Shown here: positions 57,017 to 64,000 of the stretch, piece after piece
Layout: each line of letters starts with the position of its first letter
How positions within the stretch are numbered: position 1 is the first letter of the stretch
IMG/VR virus record: IMGVR_UViG_3300033075_000331
Direction: 5' to 3' (one strand)
Source: an uncultured virus (IMG/VR IMGVR_UViG_3300033075_000331)
Taxonomy: Duplodnaviria > Heunggongvirae > Uroviricota > Caudoviricetes
DNA: 64,000 nt
Notes under the pieces: model-generated
Databases searched by the model: none
Told to the model about the DNA's origin: nothing
The model's input: only the letters and a program-made list of their open reading frames with translations
Position numbers and translations under genes: made by a program

Positions 57017-58219
57017 TTACAGTATGTAGAAGAGCAACGGTACCTTTCTCAAGATATCCTGTGAGTACTGCTCGTTTTCAGCCATTTTTTCCATTTGCTT
57101 TGCACGTCCCGCCTCAAGCAATGATTCACGTAGCTGATCAATCATCTTATCAATCTCGGCTGCGCCTTCCTGACGTAATTGTGGCCCGTCTAGACGCATT
57201 CCTTCACCCGATGGCGTTGGTACGTTTTCATACTTGGAAAGAACACGACCCAACATCAATTTACACAATGCTAATGTATACTTGTAAATCCAACGCTTTC
57301 CTACCGAGTTAATGTCGTCATATGACATGAAGTTATATGGAACATTGGAAAAATCACTGATATTTCCTAATGAACCAGTCGTGACATTTGCCTCGTTACG
57401 TACCGAGTATTGGAAGTACAGTCGATCCCCCGTTTCCGGCATTGGGAAAATCTTGATCTTGTTGTTCACCAATTCAAAGGAATATTGTGAACGACGGATT
57501 TGATCATTGAATTCGATAGCCTGTGTACGCAACAAGGTTTCGTACATCGGCATGACCATGAATTGACCAACCGTTCCCCCGCCCGTCGAACCATTGAGAC
57601 CACCATCATATCCCGCCCAACCGAATTCCCCAAGTAAGTTATTGGTACCGTCTGTAGGACCAACTCCCATATCTCCAAAACCAAATCCACCACGAGAAAT
57701 TGCTGGTGTACGATCATGGAAAATACGACGAATGACAATACGATTGCCACTTTCGCTTACTGCCGCCCACAAGTTCTGCAAATCATATTCTTGCTGGCCT
57801 GTGGTGCAGTCTACATATCCTTTCTTCCAATCCAGATTACCACCAGTACCCGCTTCCGAGCCGTAGTATTCGGAAATTTCCACCACATATGGCAATGGAG
57901 AATTCGCGATCACACGACCATTCAACGAGGTACCAGTCGGCTGACCCTGTAACGACATGAGATTTTCTCGGATATTGAATTCATATACCTGAGAACTATA
58001 TTCCATAATTGCGGCTTCGAATTGCTTGTAAATCATAGCATCTTCCAATTCTACGGCCATTACCGGGTAGCCAAGTGACGCACATACCCAATTTGCTACT
58101 TTTGGCGCCTCGTCAACAAACGTATCCGAGTCGTCAAAATATCCAAACGCTGTTTTTCCTGCCGGATAACTTCCACTTCCCGGCCAAAAGGTTGCATATG
58201 TACCCACGTGATGCTCCAC
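57017..58219 (-). CDS. neck / head-tail adaptor (gp13-like)
   Basis: LGYPVMAVEL, WIYKYTLALCK..LG.V.SKY and L.QEG motifs; directly after the major capsid gene. Confidence 0.75.
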   Translation of the reverse strand: MEHHVGTYATFWPGSGSYPAGKTAFGYFDDSDTFVDEAPKVANWVCASLGYPVMAVELEDAMIYKQFEAAIMEYSSQVYEFNIRENLMSLQGQPTGTSLNGRVIANSPLPYVVEISEYYGSEAGTGGNLDWKKGYVDCTTGQQEYDLQNLWAAVSESGNRIVIRRIFHDRTPAISRGGFGFGDMGVGPTDGTNNLLGEFGWAGYDGGLNGSTGGGTVGQFMVMPMYETLLRTQAIEFNDQIRRSQYSFELVNNKIKIFPMPETGDRLYFQYSVRNEANVTTGSLGNISDFSNVPYNFMSYDDINSVGKRWIYKYTLALCKLMLGRVLSKYENVPTPSGEGMRLDGPQLRQEGAAEIDKMIDQLRESLLEAGRAKQMEKMAENEQYSQDILRKVPLLFYIL

Positions 58220-58264
58220 TAAAGTCTACATCATATAACTAGCGTAGAATTCTTCGTATGAATT

Positions 58265-58298
58265 AAAAAAGGATCGCACATTAAAGTACGATCCTTTT
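58265..58298 (-). terminator. Rho-independent terminator after the major capsid gene
   Basis: GGAUCGUAC-UUUAAU-GUGCGAUCC followed by UUUUUU on the minus strand. Confidence 0.8.
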
Positions 58299-58321
58299 CT
58301 AATCCATTACCAGATTACAAC

Positions 58322-59893
58322 TTAGACAGTTGTCAATCCGTGTACGAAAATCTTACCAAAGAATTCTGGTCGGACGATCTGCTTAGCATATCGCGTCAAC
58401 ACTCCACGACGTGGCGTGAAGTTCTGCGGATCGTAAACGAGAGGCGTCATGATCAATGGAATGTACGGTGCATACACAGCGCCCGTTTCCAAGAAGTTCT
58501 GTCCACGGAAACCGCAGAGCACAACGTTGCTTTGGAGATATGGGTTCTTGTAGACTTGGAAGCGGTTCTGGAAGCTTCCAACTGCGCTGACTCCGAATGC
58601 GAAGTCCTTCTGGTCGCCGTCTGTCTTAGCAGCAAAGCCCGGAATGGTTTCAAGGATTGTTGCGACGTCAGGTGAGACAACCACCCAGTTTGCGCCACCA
58701 CGCATCGTCAAACGGTGGATGTTGTTGGAAACTTGTTGCAAGACGTTTCCAAACGTTTGGTACCAAGTCATGTAGGTCCATGCTTGTGCGCTGAGGTTAG
58801 AATCAGACACGAACGCAGAACCGTTCCAGACTGTTCCAACTTGTGCTGACCAGTAGCCAGTTGTTTGTGCATTGACCAACAACATGTCAAGAATTTCAAG
58901 GTCAATTTCAAGCGAAATGTATTCGCTCAACATTGCCGTCAATTCGGCTTCTGCGTCGATGCTGTGGTACGCATTCAAGTCTTGCGACAATTCAGGCGTC
59001 CAGACAGCCTTCAACTTACGGGTCTTAGCAACAATTGGGATGGAACGAAGTTCGATGTCAACTTCTGGGATGTTCAAATCAGCACCGTTAGGTGGGATTG
59101 ACGAACCCAAAGTATCTTCGAAGTCGCCACGACCAGCAGCAGTTGGTTGCTTGGTGTAGGTGACCTTACCAACGTTGATCAAACCTGATGCGGAAGGAAC
59201 AACGAAGATAACATTTGCTTGGTCTGCGCTCAAACGCGTGAATTGCGGATAGTGAGCGGTGAACCCTGATCCAGATGGAACGAACGCACGAATTGCAGCG
59301 GCGTCAGCACCAGAAAGGTGGGAAAGTGGGACGGTGATTTCGACAACCGAAGAAGCCGAAGTTAGTCCAGACCAACCAGTGGATGAAGAGTTTGCATTTA
59401 CAGCCGCAACAGCGGTAAATGACGAGGTAAAGTCGTTAATGGAATATCCAAAACGACCTGCGCCGTACAAACCACCCGTCGCAGTTTGTGAAGATGTGGT
59501 ATCACCATAGAGTGATTGACCAACCGTACGAGGAGCAACAGCAGTACCGTACTTAAAGTCCATGTAGAAGATAAGTCCGGAAGGCAAGTTCATTGGCTGG
59601 ACGCTAACGAATTCCTTCGCAGCAATTTCACCAAAGACCTTACGCACAAGAGGAAGAGCGACACCGTTCCATTGTTCGGAGTTGGCGTTGGTACCAGTCT
59701 TGGAGTTTTCAGAAACAAGCTGGCGTGCTTGGTTTTCGAGCAGAACAGCCATGTTTCCCTTTTCCGTTTCCGTGCGGAGCCCTTCGAGCAATCCAGTCTT
59801 CTGCCACTTCTTGGCAAGACCACGGGACTGTTGAAGCAATGCATCCATCGGAGTGGAAGATTCGCTTAAAAGCTTACTTAGATCGAACGACAT
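58322..59893 (-). CDS. major capsid protein (T4 gp23-like)
   Basis: LLENQ, VQPMNLPSGLIF, AKTRKLKAVWTPELSQDLNAYH, YAPYIPL and FTPRRGVLTRYA motifs. Confidence 0.96.
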   Translation of the reverse strand: MSFDLSKLLSESSTPMDALLQQSRGLAKKWQKTGLLEGLRTETEKGNMAVLLENQARQLVSENSKTGTNANSEQWNGVALPLVRKVFGEIAAKEFVSVQPMNLPSGLIFYMDFKYGTAVAPRTVGQSLYGDTTSSQTATGGLYGAGRFGYSINDFTSSFTAVAAVNANSSSTGWSGLTSASSVVEITVPLSHLSGADAAAIRAFVPSGSGFTAHYPQFTRLSADQANVIFVVPSASGLINVGKVTYTKQPTAAGRGDFEDTLGSSIPPNGADLNIPEVDIELRSIPIVAKTRKLKAVWTPELSQDLNAYHSIDAEAELTAMLSEYISLEIDLEILDMLLVNAQTTGYWSAQVGTVWNGSAFVSDSNLSAQAWTYMTWYQTFGNVLQQVSNNIHRLTMRGGANWVVVSPDVATILETIPGFAAKTDGDQKDFAFGVSAVGSFQNRFQVYKNPYLQSNVVLCGFRGQNFLETGAVYAPYIPLIMTPLVYDPQNFTPRRGVLTRYAKQIVRPEFFGKIFVHGLTTV

Positions 59894-59910
59894 TCGTTTA
59901 TACCCTCTAA

Positions 59911-61164
59911 TTAGGAGTTTGAGATATTAGCCAACTTCATGAAACGAGCGCGCAAGTCATCCCCTTCTGCAAGGATCGTAGTAGGCTGTGACTTCGGTGC
60001 TGTTGATGCGACTGGCTTGGAGGCAAACCCTTCGGTGATGCCCTTTGAAGCACGCTTGTTGTTGCCAGTAACCTTACCATTGAGGCTTTCAGCCAAAGTG
60101 GTGAAGATGATCTTGACTTCGCGAGGGGTGACGGCACGGTCGAAGTTTTCGACAACTGCCTTCTTCTGCGCTTCGGTAAGACCAAATGTATGGAACAACT
60201 TGTTGGTATACAACAATTTTGCATTGAGCATATTGATTTCTTTGATACGCTCGTGTAGCGTGACAACAACGCTACGGTGTTCTTGTAGAGAGGCACGCAA
60301 GGACGCATTTTCTGCTGCCAAACGTTCGGTTTCTGATACCGTTGCCGATGCATCTTCACCGATTTCGCGAAGGATTTCATCAAGATCAACTTCCTCTTCA
60401 ATGCCTTCACGTGAACCCTTCACTTCCTGTCCCGGAGTAACTTTCTTACCACCGTTGACACCATCCACTGCTGGCATATCTGGCCCATCCTTATCGTTTG
60501 CGCCATTTGTGCTTTCTGCTTGGATACCTGCGTGAGCGTCTTTTCCGGCATCAGCGTGCTTAAATGACTCCATAGCTGGTGCTGGTGGGGCTCCCAATTG
60601 GTCATCCCCTTGAAGATCGAGTTCCAATTCACGGATAATTGCTTCCAAGTCAAGGACGTCTGATTCCCCACCCATTGGGGCTGGGGCTGCGCCGAGTTCG
60701 TCGCCATCTGGTTCGCCACCCATTGGGGCTGCGGCAGGTGCGGAAGGAACTGCTGGTGCTGGTGCTGCTGGTGGAACAGGTGCTGGTGCTGCGGCTGCGC
60801 CAACTGCTGGTGCAGGAGCGCCTAGATCGTCTTCCTCTCCATCCAATTCATCGCCAGTATCAAACGCTTCGCCCATAGGCTCCACTTCCAAACCGGGATT
60901 TTTGATGTGAGATGAATCTGACGTTGCCTTTGATGGCTTCTTTGGTGCTGGTTCATCGACCGTTACCCCGTTGCCACCGATTTCCGATGAAGCGTCGTTG
61001 TCTTCGTTCACTGAACCGTCAATTTCGTTACGTAGGCGAGCAGAGAGCATTGAAGACAATTGTGGTCGGAATGATTCTTCCAACGACTGACGTGCATTCT
61101 GCAACGCCAATTCCTTCACTGCCTTTGCATCGGCTAGCGCCTCTTGCAATAAAGTATCCTTCAT
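59911..61164 (-). CDS. prohead core scaffolding protein (gp22-like)
   Basis: EALADAKAVK, acidic/Pro-Ala linker, NAKLLYTNKLF and RFMKLA; start MKDTLL with GGAG SD. Confidence 0.8.
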   Translation of the reverse strand: MKDTLLQEALADAKAVKELALQNARQSLEESFRPQLSSMLSARLRNEIDGSVNEDNDASSEIGGNGVTVDEPAPKKPSKATSDSSHIKNPGLEVEPMGEAFDTGDELDGEEDDLGAPAPAVGAAAAPAPVPPAAPAPAVPSAPAAAPMGGEPDGDELGAAPAPMGGESDVLDLEAIIRELELDLQGDDQLGAPPAPAMESFKHADAGKDAHAGIQAESTNGANDKDGPDMPAVDGVNGGKKVTPGQEVKGSREGIEEEVDLDEILREIGEDASATVSETERLAAENASLRASLQEHRSVVVTLHERIKEINMLNAKLLYTNKLFHTFGLTEAQKKAVVENFDRAVTPREVKIIFTTLAESLNGKVTGNNKRASKGITEGFASKPVASTAPKSQPTTILAEGDDLRARFMKLANISNS

Positions 61165-61186
61165 TAGTGTGTCTCCTGAACACGAA

Positions 61187-61246
61187 AAGGCTATTGAGTC
61201 AGCCTCTAAACGGTGAGTCCCGAATGATCTGACACTCAATAGCCTT
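61187..61246 (-). promoter_or_regulatory. long hairpin in the scaffold/capsid 5' leader
   Basis: AAGGCTATTGAG(TG)TCAG...CTGACTCAATAGCCTT, 16 bp with a 2-nt bulge. Confidence 0.55.
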
Positions 61247-61318
61247 GCTGAGTGTATTACTGAATTTTGGGAATACAACAAATAAGTAGTAGTTATCTAT
61301 CCAAAGATGTGATTTTTA

Positions 61319-61555
61319 CTAGAAGTTGTTTGAATTTTTCTGATGTAATGATTTTTTCGCATCGCGCTTACGTTGTTTCAATGATTCGTCTCGCTTCAAT
61401 TTGCGTGCGCGTGATGGTGGTACGTGATGTTCTCTGCGTCGGAGTTCATTCATGAGTCCTGATTTCTTGACTTGCTTTTTGAATTCCTTGAGCGCGTCGT
61501 CTACTTCATCGCGATGCTTGCGTCCCTGCTTCGTATAAACTGTCACTTCAATCAT
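61319..61555 (-). CDS. rpsU: phage-encoded ribosomal protein bS21
   Basis: VDDALKEFKKQVKKSGLMNELRRREHHVPPSRARK matches the S21 pattern (ALxxFK...G...E.R.R....KPS); located in the head module as in reported phage bS21 loci. Confidence 0.85.
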   Translation of the reverse strand: MIEVTVYTKQGRKHRDEVDDALKEFKKQVKKSGLMNELRRREHHVPPSRARKLKRDESLKQRKRDAKKSLHQKNSNNF

Positions 61556-61563
61556 ATGCCCTC

Positions 61564-61926
61564 TTATATCGGGTTAGTAGGTGGTTGTTGCTTTTCTGTT
61601 ATTTCCTTCAAATCGGTGCTTGTCTCAATATTGTCCGTAATACCAGCTAATATCGAGCTTACTTCACTTGGTAATTTCGATTGTGACAGTATCTTGGCTT
61701 TCGCAATAGGCAATGATCCAATGAGGAGCGACGTGAAGACCGCGCCCAAGAAAGACCACGCCGTGATTTTCACTACAATACTTTCATCCCTAAAGAACAC
61801 TACAGTAGCTAAGAAACCAATCATACCAACGATAGAAACCAAGACGATGAGTGCCTGTGACATGTTTAAATCACCATCTTTTTCAAAAAATATTGCCTGT
61901 CTTAATTTTCTATTGTGTCCACTCAT
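61564..61926 (-). CDS. two-TM membrane protein
   Basis: Two hydrophobic helices (ALIVLVSIVGMIGFLATVVFF; ITAWSFLGAVFTSLLIGSL). Confidence 0.6.
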   Translation of the reverse strand: MSGHNRKLRQAIFFEKDGDLNMSQALIVLVSIVGMIGFLATVVFFRDESIVVKITAWSFLGAVFTSLLIGSLPIAKAKILSQSKLPSEVSSILAGITDNIETSTDLKEITEKQQPPTNPI

Positions 61927-61956
61927 GCGTATCTCAGTACATTGTCCAACCTTTAT

Positions 61957-62652
61957 TTATACAAGTTTCCAAATCAATTCTTCCATTTTTTCCGGTGGAA
62001 GGTGGGCAAACTTCGCCGCCATTGCCGGATTTTTCTTCTTCAATCGTGCATACACCGCGACGATTGCCTTCAACGTGAGCAGATCAGTGCGACGTGAACG
62101 TTGTTCATTGTTCATGTCCAAATCTACATCATCCTCTTTTACAGGACGTGCGGGTGTCAACTCTAAGGTGTCCGGAGTCAAGGCACCCTTTTCTTCAATC
62201 TTCTGCTGAGACGCATCGACCGGATGTGTTTGGGGTTGATCATCTGGAATTTCAAAATAGCGTTCCAAAATTCGACCCATATCATCATACAGCGCAGTCA
62301 TACGCTGATTGAGTGCATCGGCTTCTGTTGCGAGCTTGGTGAAATCTCCCGCATACGTCTTGATTTCCTTCATGTTGCGCTTGAGCGTGTGAGCATCGAA
62401 CCAATCATCAGCTTCGTTGACGACGGCATACTCAGCATATTCGGCAATTTGTGCGAGGCGCGTACCAACTTCCTGCATGGTGGTTGAACGACGTAGAGCT
62501 TCCCCGAGCTTGTTGTATTGAGAAATTGCATTCAATACTTCTTCCAAACTCAATTGTGGTTGCTGTACAGGTTGAGCCATCATAGCGGACTGCTGGGGCT
62601 GACGTAGTTTTGCCGACAAGTCTTGTTGTGGAGCGCGCATATCTAGTGGCAT
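61957..62652 (-). CDS. hypothetical head-region protein
   Basis: Start MPLDMR after GGAG; DWFDAHTLKRNMKE and LYDDMGRILERYFEI segments. Confidence 0.65.
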   Translation of the reverse strand: MPLDMRAPQQDLSAKLRQPQQSAMMAQPVQQPQLSLEEVLNAISQYNKLGEALRRSTTMQEVGTRLAQIAEYAEYAVVNEADDWFDAHTLKRNMKEIKTYAGDFTKLATEADALNQRMTALYDDMGRILERYFEIPDDQPQTHPVDASQQKIEEKGALTPDTLELTPARPVKEDDVDLDMNNEQRSRRTDLLTLKAIVAVYARLKKKNPAMAAKFAHLPPEKMEELIWKLV

Positions 62653-62662
62653 CTGAAACTCC

Positions 62663-63253
62663 TTACTTTCCAATATGTGTAATAAAATCCACGTATAACG
62701 AATTGAAACGATCATGACGTGCGCTGGCAATGGTATTCTTCACCCCTTCTGCCAAGAATGCGCCATGGGTTGATGGATTGGATACAATATCAAAACAGAT
62801 GAGATTGAAATCATCTTCCACTTGTACTTGGCTTTCACCAATTTGACGCACTGAACCTACTCCACGAGACGAGACGCCCAAACGAATGCCGTTGCGCATC
62901 AATTCTTTTACAATGTTGCCAGATGGAGTGGAGAGAATTTCCATTTCCCCGACCAAATCATTTCCTTCCCAATGCATGTCTACCACGTTATGTGACACGT
63001 TCTTGAGATTTACGACCGTGGATTCTGGGTGGTCCAATTCTCCGAGAGCACGACGTTGTGTCACAAACTCAGTTAGATATTTCTGACATTCACGTTCCAA
63101 AATCGGACGAGGATAACGACGACCGTTTTGATTTTCTGATTCGGCACGTTGGAAAATTCCCTTGATGCGAATGACGCCATTGTTGTTGATCGCTTCCGTA
63201 ATCAATTGTCTATCGTATTGCAATGGGGTATATTCTACTAACAATTGTCTCAT
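62663..63253 (-). CDS. prohead protease (T4 gp21-like)
   Basis: NQNGRRYP, ALGELDHP, VSH, TPSGNI, GVSSRGVGS and DIVSNPST motifs; start MRQLLVE overlapping the upstream stop. Confidence 0.93.
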   Translation of the reverse strand: MRQLLVEYTPLQYDRQLITEAINNNGVIRIKGIFQRAESENQNGRRYPRPILERECQKYLTEFVTQRRALGELDHPESTVVNLKNVSHNVVDMHWEGNDLVGEMEILSTPSGNIVKELMRNGIRLGVSSRGVGSVRQIGESQVQVEDDFNLICFDIVSNPSTHGAFLAEGVKNTIASARHDRFNSLYVDFITHIGK

Positions 63254-63705
63254 GACTTTAACTCCCGAATTTTCTCTGACATTCGCAACAACCGATTTTC
63301 CATCATCGTCAAATGTTTCGCTGTGCGCTTCCATAGACCCGACGCTTCCATGTTGGATTCCGTCTTGAGTCGAGCACTCATTGTCACTAAACGATCTAAT
63401 TCATTCAATGCACGATTAATGTCGCGCACCGATTCACCGATTTTACGTGCCGTAGACTTTGAAGGATCATTCTTGAATGCAAGATAGCGATTTTCCGACA
63501 ATGAAGATTCTCCTTCATCGTCTTTACCAACTAAGGTATATCCACTTGCCTTCAAGGCGATTCTATTACGCACAACCTTCCCAGCCTTACCCTTGGCAGC
63601 AAACGCTTTTGGCGTCTCAAATGCACCAGCGCCCGCACTCGTTGATACTTCGTCAAGTTCTGCGGCCAATAACTCACGCAGAATGGTTCTGATCTTATCA
63701 CGCAT
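63250..63705 (-). CDS. hypothetical head-region protein
   Basis: ORF; LDEVSTSAGAGAFETPKAF. Confidence 0.6.
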   Translation of the reverse strand: MRDKIRTILRELLAAELDEVSTSAGAGAFETPKAFAAKGKAGKVVRNRIALKASGYTLVGKDDEGESSLSENRYLAFKNDPSKSTARKIGESVRDINRALNELDRLVTMSARLKTESNMEASGLWKRTAKHLTMMENRLLRMSEKIRELKS

Positions 63706-64000
63706 CGGCAATCTCTTTTTGCATTTCATACGCAATCAACAATGCCGTAACCTCAGCATCGGAGATTGTGGTAGCGGTCTTGAACTTTTCAAGCTGCGTC
63801 GAGACCTCGTTCAATTTGATCTTAACAATCTTGTCTTGTTCGATTTTCGCGAGTTGACGAAGATTTTTTTGTAGAAAAGTTGACTTCTCTCTAACAAATT
63901 GTGCCAACACAGATGCATCTCCTACGCTGTTGATGTATTCACGCAAAAGTGCCTTCTGGTTCTCATTCAAATTACGGTACTTCGCATTAAACTTGTCTAC
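63698..64000 (-). CDS. hypothetical head-region protein (C-terminal part; starts beyond the window)
   Basis: Frame open to the window edge: VDKFNAKYRNLNENQKALLREYIN... Confidence 0.65.
   Translation of the reverse strand, partial: VDKFNAKYRNLNENQKALLREYINSVGDASVLAQFVREKSTFLQKNLRQLAKIEQDKIVKIKLNEVSTQLEKFKTATTISDAEVTALLIAYEMQKEIADA

Noticed and set aside
59911..61281. Longest-ORF starts given by the track (e.g. scaffold 61281, NMNAT 3802, protease 63334, endonuclease 52505)
   Set aside because: The extensions overlap neighbouring genes or regulatory hairpins; downstream ATGs with an SD or stop/start overlap are more plausible.
161..63874. Plus-strand ORFs in the track (e.g. 5379..6095, 32745..33524, 39588..40511, 61472..62209)
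   Set aside because: They are antisense shadows of well-supported minus-strand genes, with no recognisable motifs.
1..64000. Stop-codon reassignment or tRNA genes
   Set aside because: Core genes are intact under the standard code, with TAA, TAG and TGA all used as stops and high coding density; no tRNA cloverleaf was recognised in the short intergenic gaps.

Overview
A 64 kb fragment of a large T4-like myovirus genome. Its gene content (gp13/14/15/18/19/21/22/23/32/41-like genes plus a phage bS21) suggests the group of large phages that infect Bacteroidota and related phyla. Essentially every real gene is on the minus strand and uses the standard code. In transcription order (right to left) the window holds: a head module (prohead protease, membrane protein, ribosomal protein bS21, scaffold, major capsid); neck, sheath and tube; a free-standing homing endonuclease; repeat-rich tail-fibre genes; an SNF2 helicase; a gp26/gp51-like chaperone pair joined by a probable +1 frameshift; tape measure and baseplate genes; a replication and nucleotide module (divergent PolA-like protein, gp32, RecA, 5'-3' exonuclease, DnaB, class II RNR, thioredoxin, dUTPase, PolB, DNA ligase); and an accessory module (ADP-ribosylglycohydrolase, nucleotidyltransferase, RNA ligase, HD protein, NMNAT-Nudix, NAMPT). 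The most notable item is absent from the ORF track because it runs off the left edge: a phage-encoded TonB-dependent outer-membrane receptor (993..<1) at the end of the tightly packed NAD+ salvage gene run, a candidate precursor-uptake plus NAD+-rebuilding system. Non-coding signals include a recurrent CTA(T/G)TTAT(A/T) promoter-like motif (the T4 late promoter in reverse orientation), an RBS-sequestering hairpin in front of the homing endonuclease, and two structured intergenic RNA candidates. All functional calls come from motif recognition and synteny; no database searches were run.
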